Notes: a model not told the origin generated them from the sequence alone. DNA of 64,000 nucleotides from Eledone cirrhosa (GCA_964016885.1 OZ024742.1:241800001-241864000); one strand, 5' to 3'. Positions 14,476 through 28,583 are shown, counted from the first letter of the stretch. Program-made: numbers and translations.

Positions 14476-14878
14476 AATAATTGTTTCTACTTTTTGGCAC
14501 AAGGCCAGCAAATTAAACAGTGTATTACTGGTACTTTATTCTATAGACCCTATAAGGATGAAAGGCAAAGTTAACCTCGCAGTGTATATACATATGCATA
14601 TATGTATATGTGTGAATGTGTATGTGTTTTATATGTATATGTGTGCATACATGTGTATATGTGTACATGTAATCTCACCCATAACTGCACGTACACATAT
14701 GCGAACGAAGGGGGCTGTTATAGGGAGTGAGATAGATTGAGGGGGAGAGGGAGAGAGATAATCGGGCAATCGTAAGGGTTTTCTCTACAATTATATATTT
14801 TCAAATGGTTTCTCTGAATCATCAGGGTACTATCGAGAAAGCAGAGTTTTCAATGACATAACAAAATCAACAACAGCA

Positions 14879-14935
<57 letters not shown>

Positions 14936-15530
14936 GCTACTACTACTAGTAGAAGTAGTAGTAGTAATAGTTGTTGTTTCTACTATATGCACAAAGTCAG
15001 CAATTTGGGAGGAAGGGAAAGTCGATTAAATCGACCCCAGTGCATCACTGGTGCTTCATTTATCAACCCCTTCAGGATGAAAGGTAAATTTAACCTCGGC
15101 GGGATCTGAACTCAGAACGTAAAAGGCCATAACTCTATACTGCAAAGCATGGTATCTGACGCTCCACCAATACTGCCAATTCACCGCTAATAATAATAAT
15201 AATAATTTCTACTTTAGGTACAAGGCCAGCAATTTGAATGGGAGGGGGGGGGGGTGATTAAAGCGATCCTAGTGCATTACCGGTACTTTACTTTATCGAC
15301 CACGTTAGGATGAAAGGCGGGATTTGAACACAGAACGTAACCTCGGCGGGATTTGAACACAGAACGTAAAAGGCTGTAACTCTACAGAACGTAAAAGGCT
15401 GTAACTCTACGCTGTGAAGCATGTCCGACGATACTACTAATCCACCGCAAGACTAGTAATTTGAAGGGGAAGGGGAAGTCGATTAAATCGACTTTATTTT
15501 ATCGACCCCGGAAAGATGAAAGGCAAAACT
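14476..15530 (-). mobile_element. Cluster of tRNA-SINE copies and fragments (14476-14580, 14970-15188, 15189-15449, 15455-15530)
   Basis: Repeated ggatgaaaggcaaagttaacctc and gggatttgaac motifs. Confidence 0.85.
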
Positions 15531-15622
15531 ATCTTCAGTTGCTATAGAAATACTTATAAAAATCGGGTAAAGACCCTCCTTAGAGATGAAGAAATGTTGT
15601 CAGCGCCGATTTTTATAAACTA

Positions 15623-16030
15623 CTAGCAGATTTACCCGGCGTTGCCCGGGGTTTGAAATTATGCTAAGAATATACAGCTACGAAGTAAAAGAAGAACATT
15701 ATTTGTCCCCAACCTGTCAAAATAAGCAGAAGTCTTCAATAATTAATGCAAACGAATATTTAGTGCAATGTTTGTACACATAAAACTATGCTGATAATGA
15801 AGGAGAACACTGAACAGGATGTAGTTATACAAATGATTAAAGACAATACACGTTGCAATAAATATTTGAAAAAAAAAAAAATATTTGAAAAAATTAAAGA
15901 CAATACACGTTGCGTATTCCCAGCGCAACCACATGGTTAATAATTACTGAATGATGTCTCTCCCTCTACCCTCTCCTCCTGCTACCCCCCAAACACACAC
16001 AGACTGTCAGACATAACTATATATATATAT
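15623..16030 (-). mobile_element. Non-autonomous Helitron
   Basis: 3' end CTAG|T at 15623-15626 with the subterminal hairpin cccggcgttgcccggg. The 5' part is tatatatag..tgtctg-like. Confidence 0.7.
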
Positions 16031-16299
16031 ATGTGTATGTGTGTGTGTGTGTGTGTGTGTGCATTATCCCAACAACCCCAAACAAATTTACAAACGATTC
16101 AAATTCATCTCCGGACATCATGGCCCTTCAGGCCCGTTAGATGTTTAGAAATTAGCCGGTTTTATGTTAACTATTCTAATTTGAAATAACTAGGCGTGTG
16201 ACTGAAACCATCCTCCAATGCATGTCCTTTCGATTCCCACGAACGCAATTCTCTAAGTGTCACATTTGGTTTCTCATTGCTACATTGCGGTAGTTCAGG

Positions 16300-17070
16300 T
16301 AAAAATCAATGTTTACAAGGCCATGCTGGATATCGCTTACCCAGCATCACAATTATTGTAAGATCAATATCCAAACCGCAAATGGGGCATAAATGTATTG
16401 GACAGCTCTCTCCCAAACTGCAAATCTTGGTCCCTTATCAAAAGTATTTCTGCTAAATTTGCAGAATCTTCTTTCTTTATATTTATCAATCATAATGGCT
16501 CGGTGTGCAGTAATACTGCGGAGAAAGCTACCGCCTTCGCTGAACTCTTTCTAACCAACTCTACACTACACTCACTTTGTAACTTTCTCCTACTCTATTA
16601 CTTTCTATCGGACGCATTCCTTTGCATACATATAGGGTAAACGTGGGTATTCAGCCACAGAGGGAATTAAGCTCGACCACACTACAAATACATTATAAAT
16701 ATAATGCGTTTGTAGCGTGGTGGAGCTTAATAACCCTCGGGAATGTAACACCGCCGTTTGCCCTATGCCAATTTAGAAATTTCCTCCATTTACTTAAAAT
16801 AAACTTTGCAATGTGCCTTCAATATACTTTAAAAAATATCTTACGTAAATCCAGATGTAGAGAAGACGTACTCTCCTATATCACCTACATGTTAATTCGG
16901 GCCTTACAGACATACGATTAAAAACAATGTTCTAGCCAATCGGATCAGTACATTTTTGGACTGCGTCTGGTATGCTAAACTTCTCTCACAATCTGACCAC
17001 ATATGACCTGCATTGGTCTGTCATACCTTGGATCTGTAACTCACTATTTGGTAGTGTGTCGAGGACAACC
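16300..17070 (+). mobile_element. Highly decayed CR1/Jockey-type LINE fragment
   Basis: WSLIKSI...EKATAFAELFLTNSTL, and FDCVWYAKLL-like with ...PWICNSL (similar to AFDRVWH..LL). Confidence 0.55.
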
Positions 17071-17249
17071 CTATCGAAGGTTTCCTTCTTTGCCTCACAT
17101 TTTAAGTTAGGATAATATTTGAGGGAGATTTAGCTAATGTTGCTACTGCATTGATTCTAACGAGAAGCAAATATATGTAGCTGTCAGTTCTTTGGGTTTA
17201 TTAAATCAATATCACTTCTCCAGAATTTGTCATTTCCATGACTCAGGAA

Positions 17250-17308
<59 letters not shown>

Positions 17309-17343
17309 ATATATGTGTGTGTGTGTGTATGTGTATGTGTCTC

Positions 17344-17380
<37 letters not shown>

Positions 17381-17837
17381 TTATATATATATGTACATAG
17401 ATATATACAATTATGTACATATATATACGTATATATTTGTGTCTGTGTGTGTATATTTCTGTGTATACATATGCATAGAAGTATATATAATTATACACGT
17501 TTAACTTGATTATAACAGACACTGAAACCAAATAAAAACGAGATAATAGGGTGTGAAAATGATAACAAGTGATCTCGTGGTATTTTTCTTATTTAGATCA
17601 ATGCATTTCGTAACAATTTCTTTTTTTGGCTTTATTCTGCTTATTCTCTATTGTAGTCAAGTTATAAATTAGACTCCCATTTTACAACAACAGTAACAAA
17701 AATAGCAACGAAATGTTAGAATGCTCACGCACACAGACGCACATACACAATACTGTCAGTTGAGAATACTACAGGAGTTACTTAAGGGCCTAAAATTTCC
17801 TGCCGTCATACACACACACATACACACACAGACACAG

Positions 17838-17955
<118 letters not shown>

Positions 17956-18331
17956 ATGTGTAATGATAACAAGGTGAAGGGGTAAATTAATTAATTATTT
18001 TACGATCGTTTCAGAAGGCAAAATAATCATCGATGTACTCCTTAAGCTTCGCAAAAACATATCTATTTTACCGTATATTCCCTAGGCAATGGTATGTAGT
18101 CGCATAACTGACATTGATAAAAGTTTTCTCGCTGGAACGATCGTGAAACAATGGATTATGAGACGCTTCTCAATAGATTTTGAATATTCGATATGAATAC
18201 TAAAAAAATCACTTTCATACGATTGGTTATTCACAGCAACACTATTTCAAATTCTAAAATGCATATAATGGTGCCTCAATTAGTTAGAACATTAATGTGT
18301 GTATAAGAAACCGAAGACTATATCTCGTGTA

Positions 18332-18391
<60 letters not shown>

Positions 18392-18449
18392 AATTAATAA
18401 AAACAATGAAATAAAAATAAAGAACAAGATACTTATATTAAAAAATTCA

Positions 18450-18578
18450 TCATTTTACGATCATTTCTATGATGTATATGTGTGTTGGTATGTATATCAT
18501 ATAGGTCTATGTAAAAATATTACAAACTATCAGAGGAAATATACATACCTTCACATATATATGCTGTCTTCAGAAATG
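18450..18578 (-). ncRNA. Hammerhead motif with extended (~100 nt) stem II
   Basis: CUGAAGA (18567-18573)...GGUAUGUAUAU/AUAUACAUACC pairing...GAAA-UGAUC-GUA. Confidence 0.6.
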
Positions 18579-18825
18579 GTGAGATTTTTTTTATTGAAAA
18601 AAAAAACAACAAAGATTTCATATAATAGGTCTGTTTGGGAACCGGTTTAGAATTGACCAATAGAAAAGTAGTAAGAGGTCAAGTTGATAGAATAGTAGTA
18701 GTAGAAATTTAATTTAGGGGTAGAGGAGTGCAGACTTATGTTTTGAATGAAAAGAATACTTTGGGGGTGAAAAGAGGTCAAGCCAGTGAAAGGTACACGA
18801 AAATTTGATGTTATTAAAGAATAAT

Positions 18826-19008
18826 TGTTTCAACTTTTGGCACAAGGCCAGCAATTATCCAGTGCATTACTGGTACTTTATTTTATCGACCCCGTAAGGA
18901 TGAAAGGCAAAGTTAACCTCGGCGGGATTTGAACTCAGAATGGCAAGGGCCATAACTCTAAGCGTCAAAGCATGGCGTCCGACCCTCTACCGATACTGCC
19001 AATGCACC
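18826..19008 (-). mobile_element. tRNA SINE with 19-bp target-site duplication
   Basis: gatgttattaaagaataat at 18807-18825 and 19009-19027. Confidence 0.9.
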
Positions 19009-19595
19009 GATGTTATTAAAGAATAATGTTAAAAACGAAGGAAAATAAAATTTTAGGGTAAGGGTATTAGTGAGAAATACCAATCTTATTTAAACCACAA
19101 GGAAAATCTATAACAAGAAATTAAATTAATTGATAGGTATACATATAGGGATAAATTTATATTAATTCATATGAATGTGATAAATAAGAATTAGATGTTA
19201 TTAAAGAGTGTTGTTAAAAACGAAGGAAATTAACATTTTGGGATAAGGGTAGTAGTGAGAAATACCAATCTTATATAAACTACAACGAATCTAGATTCAT
19301 AACAAGGAAATTAAATTAATTTATATGTATACTTTTAGGTATTAATTTTAGGAAAAGAGAGCTGTAAGAGGGAAATAAAATTATAAAGTTCTCTTTAGTA
19401 AAGTACTAATTATAGGTGAACTAAATTAAAAAAACTAATTATAATAATATGTAAAATATAAGTGTAAGGTGTATATTAATTAGGTTTATAATATTTGAAG
19501 GTTCTTCTAATTCTATGATTAAAAGATATAATTAATTCCTGTCGCTTGTTTAATAGGATATCCTTAGATTTCATGATTTCAAAAAGTTCCTGGGA

Positions 19596-19937
19596 TCATA
19601 ATCTACACTCGTATTTGTTATTTTGATAAGGAGTGGCCCTTTTGAGCACACTCCAGGTCAGGTTGTAATCGATATTCTTCTTTCTATAATTATTAATTGT
19701 TTCAGCCAAGGATGTTGTATTAGCTAATGCGGCATTTTTAAAACTATGTTTGTGGGTATTAAATCTTACTTTAAATTGGTTAGACGTAGCTCCTATATAT
19801 GAATAAGTGGAGTCCTTAGTGCTAATTTTACATTTATAGACTATGTTATTAATAAGACAATTTCCCTTTAATGAGCAATTTCTTTTGATTCTACAGTTAC
19901 AACCACTCGTGAATATGATATCAGGGGAGTTAATCAA
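19596..19937 (-). pseudogene. GIY-YIG endonuclease domain of a Penelope-like element
   Basis: NIVY..YIG motif with flanking Cys residues typical of PLE endonucleases. Truncated. Confidence 0.85.
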
Positions 19938-20036
19938 ATCTGGTGTTGAATTTACTCCACTTGTTATAGGTGAAGGAGATGGTGGTTTGTTGCGGTTTAT
20001 TTTAGTATTTTGGTTGGTTTGATTTATCTACACACA

Positions 20037-20203
<167 letters not shown>

Positions 20204-20320
20204 TATATATATATATATATATATATAGATATAGATATATATACATATATATTTGAAAAAAAAGGAAAAGAATGATTTCACTTGTAGTTCTAAACAATTT
20301 GATTTAATTTTATAATATTA

Positions 20321-21987
20321 CTAGCAGTGGTACCCGGCGTTCCACGGGTATTTTGGAACGCGGGCCGCCAAAAGACCTAATAGTGGAACAATTGCATGCC
20401 TGGACAATATGTAAAGAAAATAAACCAAATATTCTGATGGCGGGATAATCTTTAAGATTTTCCTCGATGAAGCAGGAAAAATGCAGGTTTTTACCTAATG
20501 CGGGTCCTAGGAGATCAAGAAAATAATTTTTTTTATGTGCATAATATGCGTTGAAATTTCGGGAAAATCGGCTAGACGTAACGCCTCCAAAAAGTCCTAA
20601 AAAGCTGAAAAAATTAAGTTTTTCACCTAATGCGAGCCCTAGGCCATAAAAAAGTTGGATTTTCTTTGCTCCCGCTATGAAGAAGAGACTGACTAATAAA
20701 TATTTACAATTTCAAGGAGATCGATCTGACGAAACGTCTAAAAAAACCTAAAAACCTAAAAACGCTGTTTTTCACCTAATGCGGGCCCTAGGAGATGAAA
20801 AAGTTTAATTTTTAATGTGCACAACACTCCCTGAAACATAAGTAATACACATGTCAAGTTTGAAAAAAATCAGTTGGGTACTTCTCGAGATTTAGGGATT
20901 CAAACTCACAGGCACACACACAGGCAGTGACGTAATGCAGACAGCCAGACATACAGACAGATATTATAAGGGCGCAACGTTATATGTATGCATCTATCTA
21001 AAAAGAGAAAGACTAAGAATTATAGTGAGAGATCGCTTAAACGCCTAATACGGTTCCTATGGCATTGAAAATTTGAAATTTCTTTTGCTAAGAACACTCC
21101 CTGAAACAAAAGTATTACATGTGTTAAGTTTGAAAACAGTCGGTTGGGTGGTTCTCGAGTTTTAGGGATTCAATCTCACACACACACAGACAGACAACCT
21201 CAGTTCTATATATATAGACTAGCAGAAAACCACCCGGTGCGCGGTTTTCTGTTAGCAAATCTAGTGTATATACTGATATTGTTGAGATTTGGATGAGAAA
21301 TGCATTCGGCACCACATGTTCACCGTCTCTCGGTGTGTCTTTTATGCATGTATAAATATATATGTTATCTATACGGTGAAATCTTTGAAATAAATATATG
21401 TTAACACGAAAAAGGAGAAAAAGAGATTAGTGACGGAAATATAAACGTTATGATACATAAACGTTATGATATAACGATGGAAATATATAAACGTTTACGA
21501 TAAAACGATGGAAATAGAAACGTTTATATATAATGATAAGCCGAAACACTCGTAAGCCGAAACACTCGTAAGTCGAAACACTCGTAAAACGAAACGTATA
21601 AATAAAGATTAATGTAATGAATTTGAAAAGCATAGAGATTTGAAACCGCGTCTATTTGTTTCCTTGGCATTTTTTACAGACGGACAGACAGACAAACAAA
21701 CAGAGAAATAATGCCCATTATATATTATAAGTAGACTTGGCATGGTGTCAAGTCAGAACAGCCTCGAACTGGTTACTTCTGGCTTGTGCAAGGTGTCTCT
21801 ATAGCAACCAGCGATTCCCTCGGCCTCAGTGACCAAAGTCAGTGGAGAGGGAAAGGTAATGTTTCTATAGCGACAGTGTTTCTCTTGGTAGTACCAAAGT
21901 GGAGAAAGGAAGGGGAAGGTAATTTGAGTTTTGGGGAAGGACAGACAGACAGACAGACAGACAAACAGAGAAATGCCCATATATTTC

Positions 21988-22028
<41 letters not shown>

Positions 22029-22054
22029 CACACACAGAAATGTATATATATTTC

Positions 22055-22095
<41 letters not shown>

Positions 22096-22870
22096 CACAC
22101 ACAGAAATGTATATATATTTCTGTGTGTATATATATATATTGCACTTACAGAAATGTACATATATTTCTGTGTGTGTATATATATATATATATATTACAC
22201 ACACAGAAATGTACATATATTTCTTAGAACAAAATTATTATTAATGTTTTGCTGTTCATAACAATTGGAATTGAAAAATTACTTTTGAAATTATTAGTTA
22301 TTTTACTAATGCTTAGATATGTAAAAATGAAGCAATGTTTCTAATAATTGTTTCTACTTTTGGCACAAGGCCAGCAATTACCCAGTACATTACTGGAACT
22401 TTATTTTATCGACCCCGTGAGGATGAAAGGCAAAGTTAACCTCGGCGGTATTTGAACTCAGACCGTAAAGGAACGTAACTCCATGCTATGAAGCATGGTG
22501 TCCGACTCTCTACAGATTCTGCCAATCCACTGCCCTAATGTCTGTACGTAATGAGGGAGTGAGAGGGGAGAGAAAGAAAGGCAGAGGTGAAGTGACGAAG
22601 TGACTCTCTCCTCCTCCTCCTCCTCCTCCATCTCCCCATTCGTCACAGCGATAGAGGGGAGGAATGTTAGTGTGTTACAAAGAGAAAGAGTGAGAGTGAG
22701 AGAAACAGACAGACTAAAAGAGAGGGATAGCTGGAGAGAGAGAGAGAGAGATAGCAACATATACAGTACAGTAGCTATGGATGTATATATATTTCTGTGT
22801 GTATATATATATATACATTTCTGTGTGTGTAATATATATATATATACACACAGAAATATATATACATTTC

Positions 22871-22905
<35 letters not shown>

Positions 22906-23424
22906 TACACACACAGAAATGTATATATATTTCTGTGTGTGTATATATATATATATATATATTACAGACACAGAAATGTATATATATTTCTGTGTGTATA
23001 TATATATATATATTACACACACAGAAATGTATATATATTTCTGTATGTATATATATATATTTCTGTGTGTGTATATATATATATATATTACACACACACA
23101 GAAATGTATATATGTTTCTGTAGCACTCCTCAATTCCCCCCTCTCTCCCTCCCGCTATCCCCCTCTTGTAGTCTGTCTCTTTCTTTCACTCTCACTCTCT
23201 CTCTACGCGTGCGCAAAAAACATTCGCACGCGCGCACGTGTTTTAGCGTCTATTCACTCTCTCTCTCTCCCTCTCTCCCTCCCGCTATCCCCATCTCGTA
23301 GTCTGTCTCTTTCTTTCACCTTCACGCTCTCTCTACGCGTACGCAAAAATATTCGCACGCGCGCACGTGTTTCCACTGTCGGACAGACAGACAAAGAAAT
23401 TGCTGGTTATATATTATAAGGAGA
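20321..23424 (-). mobile_element. Array of non-autonomous Helitrons
   Basis: 3' CTAG ends with a GC hairpin at 20321 and 21219. 5' TC-tatata/ttataata..gtctgtctg starts at 21218, 21735 and 23424. Outer junctions are A|TC and CTAG|T. Confidence 0.75.
22342..22535 (-). mobile_element. tRNA SINE
   Basis: Full A/B box head and family body. Confidence 0.9.
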
Positions 23425-25042
23425 TAGTATAAAATTAAATCAAATTGTTTAGAACTACAAGTGAAGTCATTCTTTTCATTTTTTTTAAAAATATACCTAA
23501 CTGTAGCAAGGATCTCACACATTTTCCAATATACATATATATATATATATAAATATATATATATACACATATGTACCTGAGTAATAAACATTTTAATTAA
23601 AACGTAAATGGAAGCAAAATATATAAAGACCCTCTAGAAGACAAACATTTTGCTAATTAAATGTCTAATTCAATGGAACATCAAGGATGGTATCACTGGA
23701 AGGAAAGAGCGCTGCCCCAGCATTCACCTAGTACTGAACATCGAATGCATTAACTCAAAATGTAAGTCTGGTATACAGCATTGGATGCAATCAAAGTCAC
23801 AGATTTTATATCAGTGACATTTTCTTAGAGAGATGTCTAAATGATGACTATGAGTCTCTCGCTGCACAAAAAAAGAAAAAAGAAACGTTATTGGAAGTGC
23901 CTGATTTTAAACTGTTTGTAGACCAATCAACAAATGGTAAATTGAAGTCTCCCATCATAAGTATGTTACCAGAATAGCACAATAGCACACTTGGAGCTGT
24001 TGAGGCATTCTTTAGAGTGCAGTATGGACGTTTGAAGTCATCTATAAAGCTTATCTACTATCAAATCATTGGCTTTGTTGTGTACGGTATCTGATTCACA
24101 GTAGCTATTGGAGAATATGTTATTTCTGTCTGCTCTAAAAGAATCATGCAGCAAATTGTTCCTCCTTTCCTTCTTCCGACACGATCCACATGGATGGTTG
24201 TAAAATTCGCTTCGACTTCCATGTGGGAATTGTCGAGAGGGGTTTCAGTTAGAATGAAGAAAGGAATGTGGTATGGATAGTTGTCAACCCAATCCTCAAT
24301 GAATTGGACCTTCGATCTTTGCGCATTGATGGAAGGGCTGAGATCTTCAGCATTGAGTAGAAATGTTGATTGGTTTTGACTGTTTTAGGGGACCTGCTTT
24401 GTGTTTGTTAGTGACAGCAATGGGGATAGTTGGTGCGCTGGGGATAATAGCAGAGGTTGGCGTTGTGTGAAGGCTAGACGTTTTTTTTTTATCTCTTATG
24501 TGTGTGTGTGTGAGCGAATATGTTTGTGTGTCTGTGTGTCATATATTCTTAAATAACAATGTTGATGATGGAGAAGGAAGAGGTGGTGGAGGCTTAGTAT
24601 GAGGTTATTAATAATAATGCTGGCAGGAAGAAGATCATATACATACAGAATATACTTTGATAATGCTGACTCGGGTGAATATTTCTAAGAATAATTCAAA
24701 ATGGAGTAAAAAAGGCAAATAATAATAAATCGAAGACGAAGAGATGAAAAAGTAACATAATTTTAGAAATATAAAATTCACATGAACTACCAAAAAGTAG
24801 GATAGACTGGGAGAGAAATATTATGAGATAGATAGTATTATATAGGAGGGGTGGCGGGGAGGTTAGAGTGCATTGTTTATGAGGATGGAAGAAAGAAATA
24901 AGAGTGACATAGCTGAGACGAGAAGATAAAGGAAGATGAGATAAGATAATCATAGGGATTTAACAAAGAGAGAGATGAGAGAAAGTTACATACATACATA
25001 ATACATATATATATTATATATATATTTCGTTTCTGAAAGTAT

Positions 25043-25160
<118 letters not shown>

Positions 25161-25205
25161 GTATTATGTATGTATGTAACTTTCTCTCATCTCTCTCTTT
25201 GTTAA

Positions 25206-25292
<87 letters not shown>

Positions 25293-25462
25293 AAGAAGAG
25301 GGGCAGAATAAAAAAGCTAGATAGATAGGGAAAGAATACGTTATATGCTGGTAGACACAAGCTGAAAGATTTCCATAGAAAGGTACATGCGGACAGATTT
25401 AGAGAAAATAATTAAACAGACAGACAGACATATTTATGTATGTATGTATATATATATATATA

Positions 25463-26088
25463 TGCCAACTCGTTTTCGAGTACGGCCACTACTTTATATC
25501 CATATAGGAGAACCCCTACCGATGCGCTGAGCGAGTGTGACTTTTTAGTCCAGCCAGCGACTTGAAAACTCTGGTACAAACACTACACTTGTGACAATTA
25601 TTGACACATAGTGCTGGGCCCAGGGTACCATGTAACGATAAGTGCAGAGAGATCTCCAGATATAAAGCAATGCCTGTGCCGTGAAGCTTTTATAGTGAGC
25701 AAAGGCACTGCACAAAGCCAGTTCCACTCTCTTAACCAAGATGATATTTACCAAAAAGAAGAACAAGTCAACATCATTGGATACCATCAGGGTTGCAGGT
25801 GTTATATCAGAGTTTTCCTTCTCCTAGAAATCTGCCTTGACAAAGGCTAAAGGGTCATCTCTCCCGGTGATTTTGGATGGCCATTGACTCTTAAGAGCTC
25901 CTTTGCCCTTTGACAGGTTTTGTTTTTAGTCCTGCAGGATGTCCAAAGTCACCCTCCTCATCAAGAAACCTTGGTGGGGTTGCCAGTTTAGTCACCAACG
26001 ACCCGACCATGTTACAGGTTGTACTGGGATACATGTTACCAGTAGCACCAACTGGTGACCTGACATAATAAACGAGTTGGCAGCCACC
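25463..26088 (-). mobile_element. RTE-derived bipartite element, copy 2, with a short inverted 3' end at 26070-26088
   Basis: Reverse complement of 13515-14100. Confidence 0.8.
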
Positions 26089-26192
26089 ATGTATGTATGT
26101 ATGTATGTATGTATGTATGTATGTATGTATGTATGTATGTATGTATGTATGTATGTATGTATGTATGTATATGTGCATACAAACATACATCT

Positions 26193-26603
26193 CCGGGAGA
26201 GATGACCCCTTAGCCTTTCTCAAGGCAGAATACTAGGAGAAGGAAAACTCTGATATAACACCTGCAACCCTGATGGTATCCAATGATGTTGACTTGTTCT
26301 TCTTTTTGGTAAATATCATCTTGGTTAAGAGAGTGGGACTGGCTTTGTGCAATGCCTTTGCTCACTATAAAAGCTTCACGGCACAGGCATTGCTTTATAT
26401 CTGGAGATCTCTCTGCACTTGTCACCACATGGTACCATGGGCCCAGCACTATGTGTCAATAATTGTCACAAGTGTAGTGTTTGTACCAGAGTTTTCAAGT
26501 CGCTGGCTGGACTAAAAAGTCACTCTCGTTCAGCGCATCGGTAGGGGTTCTCCTACATGGATATAAAGTAGTGGCCGTACTCGAAAACGAGTTGGCAGCC
26601 ACC
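26193..26603 (+). mobile_element. RTE-derived bipartite element, copy 3, 5'-truncated
   Basis: Matches 13698-14105. C2H2 finger at 26464-26544. Confidence 0.8.
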
Positions 26604-26606
26604 ATA

Positions 26607-26731
<125 letters not shown>

Positions 26732-27375
26732 TGAGAGAGAAAGTGAGAGAGAGAAACAGTTTGAGAGAGAGAAATAGTAAATGGGGAATGATGCGAAAAA
26801 GGGAAATAGAGAGAGAGAGAGAGAGTGAGAAACTGACAGAGACAGAGAGAAAGAGTGAGATAAGTGGGTGGGTAGGTATATACCAAGAAATATTTTTAGA
26901 GACTGATAGACTAAAATGAAGGAGTGACACTTCAAATTAATAGAGCAAATCTTGAGATGGAATGAGAGTAAGGCTGGCATCAGAAAGAGATTGGCATTGA
27001 AATAGATGAGCATATATTCCTTTCTATATTGTTTCTCCTTTCGCTAGGTTTTTGCGCACCCGTCTCCTTTCCTTTTTTCCATTCATTTCAGTTAACCCAC
27101 TTTGGTTTGTAGCATTTCAATATATTTTCTCTTTTCGTCATTACATGTGTAATTCACCGAGAAATATACTCGTCCTGTATTTTTCCCTACCTGTTTTGTT
27201 GTGTCCCGATGTACACTAGATTGAATAGTATGGGCCTTGAAGCTTCGAAATTGGGATCTCGAGGGGTTGACTGAGGTGATGGGATTGTCACTTTTTCCAT
27301 TATTTTTCTTTTCCGTTGTCTCTGTCCTGTGCAGCCAAATTCATATACGAAAGCCTTAGCCACGTGGGCTTTATT

Positions 27376-27535
<160 letters not shown>

Positions 27536-27584
27536 TCCTTTCATATACTGTACCGATTGTGTTGTTATTTATGTTTACCTTTTA

Positions 27585-27634
<50 letters not shown>

Positions 27635-27637
<3 letters not shown>

Positions 27638-28110
27638 GATATTAACAAATGGAAACTATATTTATAAAACCATATTTATTTCATTATACATATTTCAAGG
27701 ACACCAAGTTAAATTATGGTGTGCTTTCATCAGATAAAATATAATATAGATCAGTTTTATAAATAAATATTGACATATCCTTAAAGAATGCAACCATTGC
27801 TGCTGGAAGCTCCCGGATAGTGGAGTTGTAGCTTTAATTATAATTAAAGCTACAACTCCAGCAGCAATGGTTGCATTTTTTAAGGATATGTCAATATTTA
27901 TAAAACTGATCTATATTATATTTTATCTGATGAAAGCACACCATAATTTAACTTGGTGTCCTTGAAATATGTATAATGAAATAAATATGGTTTTATAAAT
28001 ATAGTTTCCATTTGTTAATATCGTATTTTTACTCCAAATATTTGTTGAGTGCTTTATATCAGTTATAAAAATATTTGCTTGTTGTATCCCAACAATTTAA
28101 ATAGAACTTT
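27635..28110. mobile_element. Fold-back element with a hammerhead in each arm
   Basis: Inverted repeat ~27635-28025 plus a tail, between (TA)n tracts. Confidence 0.85.
27919..27983 (+). ncRNA. Type I hammerhead ribozyme, intact (mirror copy 27677-27741 on minus)
   Basis: UAUUUUAU-CUGAUGA-AAGCACACC..GGUGUCCUU-GAAA-UAUGU-AUA-AUGAAAUA. 8-bp stem I. Confidence 0.8.
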
Positions 28111-28117
28111 TACACAC

Positions 28118-28158
<41 letters not shown>

Positions 28159-28583
28159 TATATGATGAGAGAGAGAGAAAGTGAGTGTGTGTGTTGTAGG
28201 TAGGTAGTTAGGTAGGTAGTTATATAGATAGATAGATAGATGGATAGATAGATATATGGATATATGGATAGATAGATATATGGATAGATAGATATATGGA
28301 TAGATAGGTAGTTTGACATATTATTATGTATGTAGATACATAAGTGCTTAGAGAAAAACAAACTGATCGAATGTGGTAGGGAGTGAGGGAGGATCCACAG
28401 ATAGAAACAATTTTATGAGAGAACAAATGAGAGAGAGAGAGAGAGAGTATTTTTTTTTTCATAAAATCTAATTTTTCTCATCTAGAAGAATCATATGCCT
28501 CGCAGTATATTTATTACCAAATAATGTAGAATGTAGAAATGACGTTTTGTAACTACATTGTCTATTGTTATTTTCGTTCTTTT

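Larger units (their letters stand above)
18390..20010 (-). mobile_element. Penelope-like element 3' part: GIY-YIG ORF remnant and 3' pseudo-LTR
   Basis: ORF 19596-19937 reads CNCR...C.L.GNCL..NIVYKC...YIGAT..FK.RF..H. Hammerhead at 18456-18573. Ends at (TA)n. Confidence 0.85.

Noticed and set aside
14785-14826. Minus-strand CTGATGA...GAAA as a hammerhead
   Set aside because: No convincing stems I, II or III without consuming the GAAA box.
21535-21600. aagccgaaacactcgt repeated three times as a CRISPR-like array
   Set aside because: It is a direct tandem repeat without spacers inside a Helitron, in a eukaryotic context with no cas genes.
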